Shown here: one piece after another, positions 1 through 8,646 of the stretch
Layout: every line of letters begins with the position of its first letter
Numbering within the stretch: the first letter of the stretch is position 1
Assembly: GCF_000092465.1 (NCBI RefSeq)
Contig: NC_014205.1
Coordinates: 900,001-932,000, forward strand
Source: Staphylothermus hellenicus DSM 12710
GTDB taxonomy: Archaea > Thermoproteota > Thermoprotei_A > Sulfolobales > Desulfurococcaceae
Direction: 5' to 3'
Length of the DNA: 32,000 nt
Translations under genes and position numbers: made by a program
Notes under the pieces: model-generated
Database searches by the model: none
Seen by the model: only the letters and a program-made list of their open reading frames with translations
Told to the model about the DNA's origin: nothing

Positions 1-512
1 TCCTCGAATTCGCTGAGTTTGAAATAATATGTTTCCTCCTCTAGCCATTCAAGAGGCTTCTTATGTATAGGACAATATGGTTTTCCATCGATTTCAACAT
101 ATTCTCCTGGACTATAGAATTTTTCGCAATCTACACAATACCATCCAGCATAGCTTGCCTTATATATTAATCCCTTATCATATAGTTTCTGAATAGCTGT
201 TTTAACCGTTTTTTCATGGTATTCATCTGTTGTACGTATAAAGTAGTCATAACTTATATCAAGCATTCCCCAATACTTCCTATAAACATCAGCCATTTCA
301 TCGACAAATTGTTTTGGATGAATCCCTTTCTTCTCCGCAACTCTCTGAAGCTTTAATCCATGCTCATCATTACCAGTTATAAAGAATACTTCATCCCCTA
401 CAAGCCTATGATATCTTGCCATGACATCGGCGAAAACCGTTGTATAGGCATGCCCAATATGTGGTGGTGCATTTGGGTAATATATTGGTGTTGTTATGTA
501 AAATATACTCAT
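1..512 (-). CDS. metG: Methionyl-tRNA synthetase, N-terminal catalytic part (rest of gene lies beyond window start)
   Basis: Own reverse-strand translation from ATG at 510-512: MSIFYITTPIYYPNAPPHIGHAYTTVFADVMARYHRLVGDEVFFITGNDEHG...WYCVDCEKFYSPGEYVEIDGKPYCPIHKKPLEWLEEETYYFKLSEFE. It shows the class I HIGH motif in MetRS context and the CxxC...CPxH zinc knuckle. The + strand ORF 360..716 is its antisense shadow. Confidence 0.9.
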   Translation of the reverse strand, partial: MSIFYITTPIYYPNAPPHIGHAYTTVFADVMARYHRLVGDEVFFITGNDEHGLKLQRVAEKKGIHPKQFVDEMADVYRKYWGMLDISYDYFIRTTDEYHEKTVKTAIQKLYDKGLIYKASYAGWYCVDCEKFYSPGEYVEIDGKPYCPIHKKPLEWLEEETYYFKLSEFE

Positions 513-538
513 CATCTATGCCCCTCGACTACGCTCAT

Positions 539-547
539 TATTTATAA
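539..547 (-). promoter_or_regulatory. Candidate TATA box for metG (leaderless-type spacing)
   Basis: The minus strand reads TTATAAATA. Its downstream edge lies 27 nt upstream of the metG ATG (510-512), which matches the archaeal TATA-to-TSS distance and implies a leaderless or near-leaderless mRNA. TATA-like strings are common in AT-rich DNA, so this is weak. Confidence 0.35.
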
Positions 548-635
548 CTACATTAGTTTTCCTGGTTTTAATCTAGATAATGTATTAGAGAAATATGAAA
601 TTATCCCTTCAAAAACCTATGTTATTAAAATGTTT

Positions 636-2159
636 CTAGGCTTTAATGTATTGTTCAATTCCTTCTTTCAATATCTTCTTAACTTTATGTTTAGCGTATC
701 TCAAGAACATTTTTAGACCCAGTCTTACCGGGTATAGATATGTTTCTTTCAAGTAGAACTTGTTCATTATATCTTCTGCCCAGTATACTGTGTGCTCGAA
801 TGTTTTAAGCATTACGTCTATATGTTCTCTTGTAATATGATCTCTTAGGAACCATGTGTTCTTCTTCAAAGCACCCATTGGAACAAAGAACATCGGTATT
901 ATTACGCTTCTATAAGGTTTTAACCTGTCCATCAACTCCGCTGTTTTAACTAGATCGTCAGGTTTCTCTTCCGGAAGACCAAGTATAATTGTAGCAGCTG
1001 GTATAATTTTGTTTTCATGCATAATCCTAAATGCATCCTCAACTATGTCAGGCCATTTCTCCGCCGGATAAGGCGCTGCTTTAGCAGGCATTATTATTTT
1101 TGCAAGCCTTGGACTGCCTGTTTCAATACCAACTTCTACTCCGAGGAAGCGTCTATGATCGGATAACACATATTCATTCATAAGCTTAGATATAAGTCCA
1201 TACTCGTCTTCAGCATATTTAATAGCTGCTAAGCTTGCATGAGACCATGCAAACTCTTTTTTCTCACCTAATTCTTCAAACACTGTTTTGTGGAGATTAA
1301 TTAGTGGTTCAGGCCTTGGCTTAACACCGTCAGCACCATATAATAGTACGTCTTCGCTATGAAGAATAACGCCTTTAGTTCCCCCGCGGAGATTAATTCT
1401 TATCTCTTCCCTAATTTTCTCCAAAGGAATAAACCTGAGAGGCCTGAGGGTTACACTACAGAATTTGCAGCCGCGCGGGCATCCACGCATAATCTCTATA
1501 AGCCCATTAACGCTTGGAGCCTTAATATTCGGTATCTCCTCGATACTTGGAGCATCTCGTGGACCAACATATATATAGTCAGGTAAAGGCTCATTATTCA
1601 ATGCTTTATCTACAATATCAACAATTACCCTTTCAACTTCTCCATCAATAACTGTGTCAACACCCCATTTCCTCCAAAGCTCCAGCTCCCATAACCACTG
1701 CCAAGCCGCTGGGCCGCCCGCTATTATCTTGACCCCCTTCTCCCTGGCTTTCCTAATAACCGGGCTATTCATGAACCTTTTAAAACTCAACCTGTTAACA
1801 GGTTCTTTACCTGTTAAACTCCACCACTCACTACTTGGAGGCCCATAGGCGAAGTAGTCGTGGTGACCTATCATTAGAATCTTCATAGTATCCAAGTACT
1901 TATGTATATAGTCGGGATCAATTATTGCAGCATTATATCCTTCATCAACAAGTTTTGCCTCAACCTTCCTCATACCATATGGTGCTTCTCTAGGCCTACC
2001 ATACTCGTCAACATCAATTTTTGGAGCTGCAATCCACATCCATAGTTTCTCAGGCACACCTATAGCTGGCCCGGTAGCTATGAAGCCTAAGAATTCTTTT
2101 CCATGATGATTGCTCATCATTGTTCTATCTGTTGTTAAAACTATTTCAAACCCCTCCAT
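636..2159 (-). CDS. Radical SAM protein with N-terminal B12-binding-like domain
   Basis: ORF track 636..2168. CxxxCxxC cluster motif GCPRGCKFCSV. The N-terminal region (MEGFEIVLTTDRTMMSNHHGKEF...MILMIGHHDYF) resembles the B12-binding-domain radical SAM families of archaea. I prefer the ATG at 2157-2159 because GGTGA (2165-2169) sits 5 nt upstream; the track start is a GTG inside that SD. Confidence 0.85.
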   Translation of the reverse strand: MEGFEIVLTTDRTMMSNHHGKEFLGFIATGPAIGVPEKLWMWIAAPKIDVDEYGRPREAPYGMRKVEAKLVDEGYNAAIIDPDYIHKYLDTMKILMIGHHDYFAYGPPSSEWWSLTGKEPVNRLSFKRFMNSPVIRKAREKGVKIIAGGPAAWQWLWELELWRKWGVDTVIDGEVERVIVDIVDKALNNEPLPDYIYVGPRDAPSIEEIPNIKAPSVNGLIEIMRGCPRGCKFCSVTLRPLRFIPLEKIREEIRINLRGGTKGVILHSEDVLLYGADGVKPRPEPLINLHKTVFEELGEKKEFAWSHASLAAIKYAEDEYGLISKLMNEYVLSDHRRFLGVEVGIETGSPRLAKIIMPAKAAPYPAEKWPDIVEDAFRIMHENKIIPAATIILGLPEEKPDDLVKTAELMDRLKPYRSVIIPMFFVPMGALKKNTWFLRDHITREHIDVMLKTFEHTVYWAEDIMNKFYLKETYLYPVRLGLKMFLRYAKHKVKKILKEGIEQYIKA

Positions 2160-2176
2160 ATGTTTCACCCCCCAAT

Positions 2177-2572
2177 CTAGATCTTTACGACTTCTATCCC
2201 TTTATTTTTGAGAAAACTAACTAGTTCAGCAAATTCTTCCTCAACAACCCCGTATACAAGCTTGTTCTGAGCATGGAGATCATTAATTATCTTCTCCAAC
2301 TCTTCAAAGTTAAGGTTATGATATCTAATTGTAAGAGAATACACAATATTATTCTGTATGAGGCTCCTAATATTCTCTATATATAATGGCCTCGGCTTAT
2401 CTGTGACAATATGCAGTGTAAATCTACGCTTATTATGCTTATTTGCAAGTCTCACTAACTCGCTATAAATAGCCCCGCTTCTATCAGTATCATAGTTTTC
2501 CTCGCCCCCCACTCCTATAATTACATGTATATTGTCTTCCTCCAAAACCTTTAGATACTCCAAGGCAATCAC
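2177..2572 (-). CDS. Hypothetical protein (131 aa), co-operonic with the radical SAM gene
   Basis: ORF track. It ends 8 nt before the radical SAM SD/start and begins 15 nt after the upstream regulator stop. No motif recognised. Alternative start TTG 2561-2563, 5 nt downstream of GGTGA (2569-2573). Confidence 0.6.
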   Translation of the reverse strand: MIALEYLKVLEEDNIHVIIGVGGEENYDTDRSGAIYSELVRLANKHNKRRFTLHIVTDKPRPLYIENIRSLIQNNIVYSLTIRYHNLNFEELEKIINDLHAQNKLVYGVVEEEFAELVSFLKNKGIEVVKI

Positions 2573-2587
2573 CTTTAAACACGCAGT

Positions 2588-3019
2588 TCAGGTTTTTCCA
2601 AGATATATTACCTCGTGAAGCCTACGCGAATATGAAAGCAAAATATTTGATAGCTCACTATTATTCGTTTCACTTGCAGCAAAGTCTATTCTAGATTTAA
2701 GCTCGCTGAGATGCTTAAGAATCAGTCTTGCCAATGTATCTCCGTCAGTATAAAACAATTTCTTCCTCCCAACCTTTTTAACTTTAACTAATCCATTAAA
2801 AGCTAAATGCTTTAAATGTGTGCAGAGATGACTTTTAGCATAGCCTGTTTTCTGCGAAAGCTCGTTAAGGGATAATGGTATGGATTCCTTTATCAAAACC
2901 GCTAATGCAGAAGCTGCTACCCCAGGCAGTCCCAGAAACATTAATAAGTCAACAAGTGATCTCATCCCTTCCTCACCCATTCGTATTGTTACTAAATTTG
3001 CGAATTTTAATACTCTCAA
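2588..3019 (-). CDS. Winged helix-turn-helix transcriptional regulator (ArsR/TrmB-like)
   Basis: ORF track. The segment LSLNELSQKTGYAKSHLCTHLKHLAFNGLVKVKKVGRKKLFY is a typical HTH plus wing. The true start may be an internal ATG (M14 at 2978-2980 or M19 at 2963-2965). Confidence 0.7.
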   Translation of the reverse strand: MRVLKFANLVTIRMGEEGMRSLVDLLMFLGLPGVAASALAVLIKESIPLSLNELSQKTGYAKSHLCTHLKHLAFNGLVKVKKVGRKKLFYTDGDTLARLILKHLSELKSRIDFAASETNNSELSNILLSYSRRLHEVIYLGKT

Positions 3020-3099
3020 ATATATTATATTTTTGTGTTAGCAATATATTAATTATTCTATAAGAATTATTTAAACCGTTATAAAAAACGATAATGTTT

Positions 3100-3543
3100 T
3101 TATTTTTTCATAATATTTTTAACATGATCCATGAATTTACTCCAAGAAACTATAGCTCTTTCATGAATGCCTTCTCCAACCACTATGTCGTTAAGCATGC
3201 ATTTTACTCTAAACAATACCTTGTTCTTCTTAACCTCTATAATTTCTGATATGAACCTAACTTTTGAACCAACAGGTGCTGGTGCTTTATGATACACATC
3301 TACATGTATACCTACACTGGTATATTCCTCTCCTAAAAACCGATCAAGCAACCGCTTCGAATTCTCCTCCATCAACGCAATCATTCTAGGAGTACTAAGA
3401 ACACCAATCCCCTTATCCAACAAGAACCTTGGTGCATCATTTATAGATACAACATAATCCATTTCCCTCCGCAAACCAGCTCGTATACTCATATCTATCC
3501 ACCCATTGAAGACCATTCTTCTGTTTAGATTTTTGGAAGCCAT
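3100..3543 (-). CDS. Hot-dog fold thioesterase superfamily protein
   Basis: ORF track. LSTPRMIALMEENSKRLL...GIHVDVYHKAPAPVGSKVRFISEIIEVKKNKVLFRVKCMLNDIVVGEGIHERAIV matches the pattern of fluoroacetyl-CoA-thioesterase-like / 4HBT hot-dog proteins. Confidence 0.65.
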   Translation of the reverse strand: MASKNLNRRMVFNGWIDMSIRAGLRREMDYVVSINDAPRFLLDKGIGVLSTPRMIALMEENSKRLLDRFLGEEYTSVGIHVDVYHKAPAPVGSKVRFISEIIEVKKNKVLFRVKCMLNDIVVGEGIHERAIVSWSKFMDHVKNIMKK

Positions 3544-4022
3544 GAATACCTATGGTTATTTAACAATATTTTAGTTAATGTATTCAATTTACAAACCCCC
3601 AATAACAAGTATGGTTCTGAGAACGTAGATGAAAAGCCCTAGGAGCCTTAACAGTCTTCTCTACAAAGAAGAAAACCACCTAAAAAAGGGGAAGCAGGTG
3701 CAAAACAATACGCGGGCAATCGCTTTCTCTAAGAATAATCCAGGATACATAACAGATTTATCTCTCTTAAAAATATTAACACCGGCCTTAACATATTAGA
3801 ATCTTAACCAGTAAGAAAAATCTATCAAAAAAACCAATAAACTATTAAGTTATTTATAAGTATATCATTGAGAACATACTTATTCTATAATGGTTAACAT
3901 GTTCTTCTATAAACAGATAATTTTTAAGTAGGGAACTTGTTTAAAATATTAGGTAAACATCTGTTAATATTGCATGATGAAGAAATATGGGTAGGACGAT
4001 CATATAAGACGTTGCTGATATT

Positions 4023-5438
4023 ATGTCAGAGCCTCATATTTGGAGACATGGAAAAACATGGATAAAAATACTTGCCGCTACTGCAGTTATTGAGTTAGGC
4101 ACCATAGGATTCTATATTATAGGTATATATACAGGTTTCTTAAAGAGCGGAACTCTTAGCCTTCTAGAATCTTCTTTAGAAACTATTCTTTTAGGCATAC
4201 TATTTCTCCTATTCATTATAAGTTATAAGTTATTGAGACGCATCAAGGTTTCAAGCATATTATTTTATCAGAAATACTTTGCTTTACTTTTCTCGACGCT
4301 GGATATGATCGTATTACTCGAGTTATTTGAAGATTCAGGTATTGTCCAGTCTAAAATGTTTCCTTATACACTAATAAATGATGCATTATTAGTAATAATA
4401 TTAGCCAGTTTCTTAGACCTCGTATATGATCTAATGATTACTTCTGCCACTAGGGAGAAGAGAAAATTAATGCATTCCCCCTTAACCATGTTATCTTTAT
4501 TCATTGTTTTAGTACCCATTGCTTTATTTTTCATTGTATTAACTATATCTAATAAACCAGTTAAACTAGAAGCGTATACTGTAGGCGACATGCTTATTGG
4601 TTTATCTTTCATAATTGTTCTACTCTATTATTCGATTAGAATATACAATTTTATATTATATATTGGGCTCCATGATTATGCTGATACTGTGACTTCTCTG
4701 ATATTATTATTTATTGGATATAATATTGGAGATATTATTGATAATTTTCTGGGTAAAAACCAGCTATTAGTGATTTATATATATTTTGCAATTGATTTAT
4801 CATTGATATTAACGTTATTAATAATAATTTTCAACGGATTATTCAATTTGTTCACCACCGTAGATCCCCTTATTCTAAGAAAAACACTCAGGAATTTCCA
4901 TATATTAATTAATACATCAATAGATGATCCAATCGTTTTTAATTCCAGGATTTTCTCAATGATCCGTATATACTTGAATAAGGTAGGGGGCGTTAAGGAT
5001 AAGATTCTCCTAGTTATCGGTGAACTAAATACTATTCAAAAGATCATTTTACGTGCTACTCTAGGAGATATTCAAGTAGTTAATGTTAGTATTAAGGAAT
5101 ATGGAGGGTTTATTTCCAGGGTAGGGGTTAAAGATGAGATCATAAATTTGATTGAATATTATGAAGCTGCTGCTTCACCTACCCATATATTAGGCGTATT
5201 GAACGAGGTGGTTGATAAGTATAGTGATAAACAAGTAATTGTTCTCTATAATACATTGACAGACTTAATCTTAATGATGGGTACTAGGAGGACTTATCTC
5301 GCATTGAGAAATATTCTGCTCAGTAAAGCATTGAGCCAAAGAATTACAGGCTCCTTCTATGTCATAATCGAAGACGTTCATAGAAAAAGCGATATAGAGT
5401 TATTTAGGAATATTATTCCTAGAGTTATAAGGTTTTAA
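4023..5438 (+). CDS. Polytopic membrane protein with about 190-aa soluble C-terminal domain, function unknown
   Basis: ORF track, ATG start. It has about 8 hydrophobic helices in residues 1-280, then a mixed alpha/beta domain (KILLVIGELNTIQKII...QVIVLYNTLTDLILMMG). The architecture recalls archaeal DUF835-type proteins, but I cannot verify that. Confidence 0.7.
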   Translation: MSEPHIWRHGKTWIKILAATAVIELGTIGFYIIGIYTGFLKSGTLSLLESSLETILLGILFLLFIISYKLLRRIKVSSILFYQKYFALLFSTLDMIVLLELFEDSGIVQSKMFPYTLINDALLVIILASFLDLVYDLMITSATREKRKLMHSPLTMLSLFIVLVPIALFFIVLTISNKPVKLEAYTVGDMLIGLSFIIVLLYYSIRIYNFILYIGLHDYADTVTSLILLFIGYNIGDIIDNFLGKNQLLVIYIYFAIDLSLILTLLIIIFNGLFNLFTTVDPLILRKTLRNFHILINTSIDDPIVFNSRIFSMIRIYLNKVGGVKDKILLVIGELNTIQKIILRATLGDIQVVNVSIKEYGGFISRVGVKDEIINLIEYYEAAASPTHILGVLNEVVDKYSDKQVIVLYNTLTDLILMMGTRRTYLALRNILLSKALSQRITGSFYVIIEDVHRKSDIELFRNIIPRVIRF

Positions 5439-5476
5439 TTATTGATTTTAAAATAATCCTTATTTGGTGAAAGAAT

Positions 5477-6325
5477 TTGAAAGCATATGTCTCCATAGAT
5501 ATTGAGGGGTTACCCGGTATAGCATCTACAACCATGGTTTCTCCTGGTTATACCCAGTATAGCCGTGGATCAAAAATTATGACAATGATCGCTAAGGAGA
5601 CAGCTAGGGCATTGCTGAATAATGGTTTCGATAAAGTAGTTATTGCGGATAGTCATGGATATATGACAAATATTGATTATTTAGAACTACCCAGGAATAC
5701 TTCTCTAATACAGGGCTTTCCGAGACCATACTCTATGTTGACAGGGCTTGATAACTCATATGATTCTGTATTATTTATAGGATACCATACAGCTGCTGGA
5801 ACAATGCATGGTTTCCTAGATCATACCATGAGTAGTAGAGTGTTCGCTGAAATAAGATTGAATGGTAGAAGAGCTAGTGAGTACTTGATCAATGCTCTTG
5901 TAGCTGGTGAGAAAGGTGTTCCAGTAATACTTGTTGCAGGTGATTCTCTGCTGAGAGATGAGGTTTCCAAGCATACTCCATGGGCTGTATTCATCGGTTT
6001 AAAACAGGGAATAACACGTTATGCAGCAATATATGAGAGCTTTGATGATGTTCTCGATAAGCTCCGGGAAGGAATTGTTGAAGCAATTAATAGGCTTAGG
6101 AGTGGAGAGGTAAAACCATTAGTGCTTGATAAACCCTATACTGTAGAAATAATGTTGAGAGACGAACTAGTGGGGGACGTGCTGGAAACATGGGATATAC
6201 TTGAAAGAATAGATGCTTATAGATTTAGATACGAAGCGAGCAATGCACATAGAGTATTAGCAATTATAGAACTTATAGCGTTTATAGGTTATGGTGTGTA
6301 TGCATTAAGGGAAAGGCTTAGATAA
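5477..6325 (+). CDS. Peptidase family M55 (DppA-like D-aminopeptidase)
   Basis: ORF track. The N-terminus MKAYVSIDIEGLPGI, ADSHGYM and IGYHTAAGT match conserved blocks of the M55 family. TTG start at 5477, with GGTGA (5466-5470) 6 nt upstream. Confidence 0.8.
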   Translation: MKAYVSIDIEGLPGIASTTMVSPGYTQYSRGSKIMTMIAKETARALLNNGFDKVVIADSHGYMTNIDYLELPRNTSLIQGFPRPYSMLTGLDNSYDSVLFIGYHTAAGTMHGFLDHTMSSRVFAEIRLNGRRASEYLINALVAGEKGVPVILVAGDSLLRDEVSKHTPWAVFIGLKQGITRYAAIYESFDDVLDKLREGIVEAINRLRSGEVKPLVLDKPYTVEIMLRDELVGDVLETWDILERIDAYRFRYEASNAHRVLAIIELIAFIGYGVYALRERLR

Positions 6326-6418
6326 ACATATTTTTATCTTTTAACAATATATTGATGTTTAATCGCTGAGTATTATGTGTTAACTAGTAGTGATGAATCT
6401 GTTTCGCGGTGATCATGA

Positions 6419-7516
6419 TTGGTGTTTGAAGGCTTAATGCATATTACTTTGGGCAACATAGTAATGATTTGTGTCGGCCTCATTCTTGTATATTTAGCGA
6501 TTAAACACGAATATGAGCCATTAATACTTTTACCCATAGGTATTACAGCTGTCCTAGTAAATCTTCCTTTAACAGGTCTCACAGAGCCGCCATATGGTTT
6601 CTTATACCTTGTAAAACATTATTTGATCGATACCGAGGTTGTGCCTCTCTTAATATTTTTCGGTCTCGGAGCAATGACTGATTTTGGACCAATGATCGCT
6701 GATCCAAAAAGCTTATTATTAGGCGCAGCAGCCCAGATCGGCGTCTTTGTTGCATTGCTAACAGCACTACTACTAGGATTCAACTTGAAAGAAGCTGCTA
6801 GTATAGGAATTATTGGAGGAGCTGATGGCCCCACAACTATTTACTTAACAGTCAAGCTTGCACCCCACCTATTAGCTGCCACAGCTGTTGCAGCCTATAG
6901 CTATATGAGCCTGGTCCCCCTTATTCAGCCCCCAATCATTAAAGCATTAACAACGAGAGAAGAGCGAAGAATTAGGATGAAACAGTTAAGACCTATTTCT
7001 AAGAAGGAAAAGATTCTTTTCCCAATAGTTTCAATGATTACTGTTGGATTACTTGTTCCAAGCGCTGCACCATTAATAGGGATGATCATGATCGGTAACT
7101 TGTTTAGAGAATCCGGCGTGGTTGAGAGGCTCAGTAAAGCTGCTCGAGAAGAACTAATGAATATTGTAACGATATTTTTAGGGTTAGGAGTGGGCTCAAC
7201 TATGAGGGCTGAAACATTTCTAACATATAAAACATTATTAGTGCTTGGATTGGGAGTGGTAGCATTTGCAGCTGCAACAGCTGGAGGCGTATTGTTTGCT
7301 AAACTAATGAATCTATTCTCCAAGGAGAAGATTAATCCAATGATAGGGGCATCAGGTGTTTCAGCAGTACCTATGAGTGCACGAGTAGTTCAGAGATTAG
7401 CTATTGAAGAAGATCCTGAAAACCACTTATTAATGAATGCGATGGGGCCTAACGTGGCTGGAGTGATCGGCACAGCAGTTGTAGCAGGTGTATTCCTATC
7501 AATGCTTGGAGGCTGA
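6419..7516 (+). CDS. Na+-translocating decarboxylase beta subunit (OadB/MmdB/GcdB family)
   Basis: ORF track. Family blocks [33 protein letters not shown] and [16 protein letters not shown]. The start is ambiguous (TTG 6419, GTG 6422 or ATG 6437). Confidence 0.88.
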   Translation: MVFEGLMHITLGNIVMICVGLILVYLAIKHEYEPLILLPIGITAVLVNLPLTGLTEPPYGFLYLVKHYLIDTEVVPLLIFFGLGAMTDFGPMIADPKSLLLGAAAQIGVFVALLTALLLGFNLKEAASIGIIGGADGPTTIYLTVKLAPHLLAATAVAAYSYMSLVPLIQPPIIKALTTREERRIRMKQLRPISKKEKILFPIVSMITVGLLVPSAAPLIGMIMIGNLFRESGVVERLSKAAREELMNIVTIFLGLGVGSTMRAETFLTYKTLLVLGLGVVAFAAATAGGVLFAKLMNLFSKEKINPMIGASGVSAVPMSARVVQRLAIEEDPENHLLMNAMGPNVAGVIGTAVVAGVFLSMLGG

Positions 7517-7535
7517 TCATATCTAGGTGATTAAT

Positions 7536-8015
7536 ATGGATATAAACACCATAATAACGGGCTTATATATAACAGGTATTGGTATAGCCATAGTTTTCAG
7601 TGTCTTATCTATTCTAGTCATCCTCGTATATGTTCTAAAACAAACTATTTACAAACCCGCCGAGAAGACGGGAAAGAAAGAGATCGGGAAAACAAAGATT
7701 AGGGTTGAGGAAAAGCCTGCTGAGACCAGAAAACCTAGGAGAGAAACTGATCCAAAACTAGTTGCATTACTCTCAGCAGCGATCACGGCTTTTAACGAGT
7801 ATAAAGCATCTACGCTGAAAAAATACGGGGTTTTCAAGGATTTCCCCGAACTAGCCCGTCTCCTACCATTAGCTGGTGTATTGTTTAAATCAAAGATCAA
7901 GGTAAGCTTTGGAGGCAAAGATATTATTGTAGACGTTGAGGAACTACCTAATAATATGTATAAGGTAGGTGTTGGAGGAAAAACATATATAGTAAACTAC
8001 TCTATACAGCAGTAA
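7536..8015 (+). CDS. OadG-like decarboxylase small membrane subunit fused to a short C-terminal extension resembling the head of biotin-carrier subunits
   Basis: ORF track 7527..8015. I prefer ATG 7536, 5 nt after GGTGA (7526-7530). The N-terminal single TM (ITGLYITGIGIAIVFSVLSILVILVYVL), K/E/P-rich linker and DPKLVALLSAAITAF are OadG-like. The C-terminal KIKVSFGGKDIIVDVEELPNNMYKVGVGGKTYIV resembles the N-terminal strand pair of MmdC/GcdC-type biotin carriers, but there is no MKM biotinylation motif. Confidence 0.65.
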   Translation: MDINTIITGLYITGIGIAIVFSVLSILVILVYVLKQTIYKPAEKTGKKEIGKTKIRVEEKPAETRKPRRETDPKLVALLSAAITAFNEYKASTLKKYGVFKDFPELARLLPLAGVLFKSKIKVSFGGKDIIVDVEELPNNMYKVGVGGKTYIVNYSIQQ

Positions 8016-8016
8016 A

Positions 8017-8496
8017 TTATTTTTTCAACAATTCTCTAATAAAATCAACAACTATTCTACCAGCTTCGCATCCATCTGAAGCATATAATAATTCGGCTTT
8101 CATCCTATGATCAATGTATTTATCGAAACACTGAGGCACCCTATCTGTTTCCCTCCCAGATTTAACAACAACTATTGGTTTCCCAAAATCATAGCTGAGC
8201 ATAATTTCTATTATTGAGCCAATACTGCCCCCCATAGCTACCAGTATATCGCCTGTTTTACACATAATAGTGCTTCTAGTCGGGAAGCCTAGATCGGTTT
8301 GAACAATAATGGTGTTTTCATTATTTGGAGGCATAACAGGCGGATTATCTGGAAGTATAAACATTGTTTGAATACCAGCTTTAACAGCGTGGTCAGCAAT
8401 ATTCTTCATTAAACCCCAATAACCTCCTAGAACAACTACTATGTTTTCTTTAAATCTGGATAATTCATTGATGAAGCACATAGAATTCTTCAACAT
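8017..8496 (-). CDS. LOG / TIGR00725-like Rossmann protein (lysine-decarboxylase-like family); true N-terminus probably upstream of first canonical start
   Basis: ORF track. VVVLGGYWGLMKNIADHAVKAGIQTMFILP and ILVAMGGSIGSIIEIMLSY match the GGxxGxM...PGGxGTxxE logic of the family. The in-frame upstream sequence (to 8553) encodes the expected first beta strand, ITRKVYVAVAASSE, but contains no ATG/GTG/TTG. Confidence 0.7.
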   Translation of the reverse strand: MLKNSMCFINELSRFKENIVVVLGGYWGLMKNIADHAVKAGIQTMFILPDNPPVMPPNNENTIIVQTDLGFPTRSTIMCKTGDILVAMGGSIGSIIEIMLSYDFGKPIVVVKSGRETDRVPQCFDKYIDHRMKAELLYASDGCEAGRIVVDFIRELLKK

Positions 8497-8646
8497 GTCT
8501 TCATCGGGTTTCTCGCTTGAAGCTGCAACTGCTACATATACTTTTCTCGTTATAAACCACCTATGCCTTCCTTTATTCCTATATGGAACAGTATCTTCTT
8601 AATAGGTCAATGTATAAAATAATTTTTTTATTTAGAATTAGCAGGT

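Noticed and set aside
360-716. 118-aa + strand ORF spanning the metG start region and the radical SAM 3' end
   Set aside because: It lies antisense to the clearly recognisable metG N-terminus (HIGH motif) and runs into the radical SAM gene. Its Cys/Trp/Tyr-rich composition is odd. It is a shadow ORF.
3975-4016. ATGATGA ... CTGA pair just upstream of the 4023 start codon as a C/D-box sRNA
   Set aside because: The spacing (about 44 nt) is too short for two guide regions, there are no internal boxes, and the pair overlaps the likely 5' UTR or promoter of the downstream gene.
1359-7918. Short ORFs antisense to longer genes: 1359..1586, 1654..1848, 2875..3063, 4364..4612, 6373..6582, 6579..6767, 6619..6834, 6925..7323, 7649..7918
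   Set aside because: Each is fully embedded opposite a gene with recognisable family motifs or strong membrane-protein character. Their compositions are Ser/Pro/Leu/Asn-rich and typical of antisense frames, and they lack SD or TATA context.
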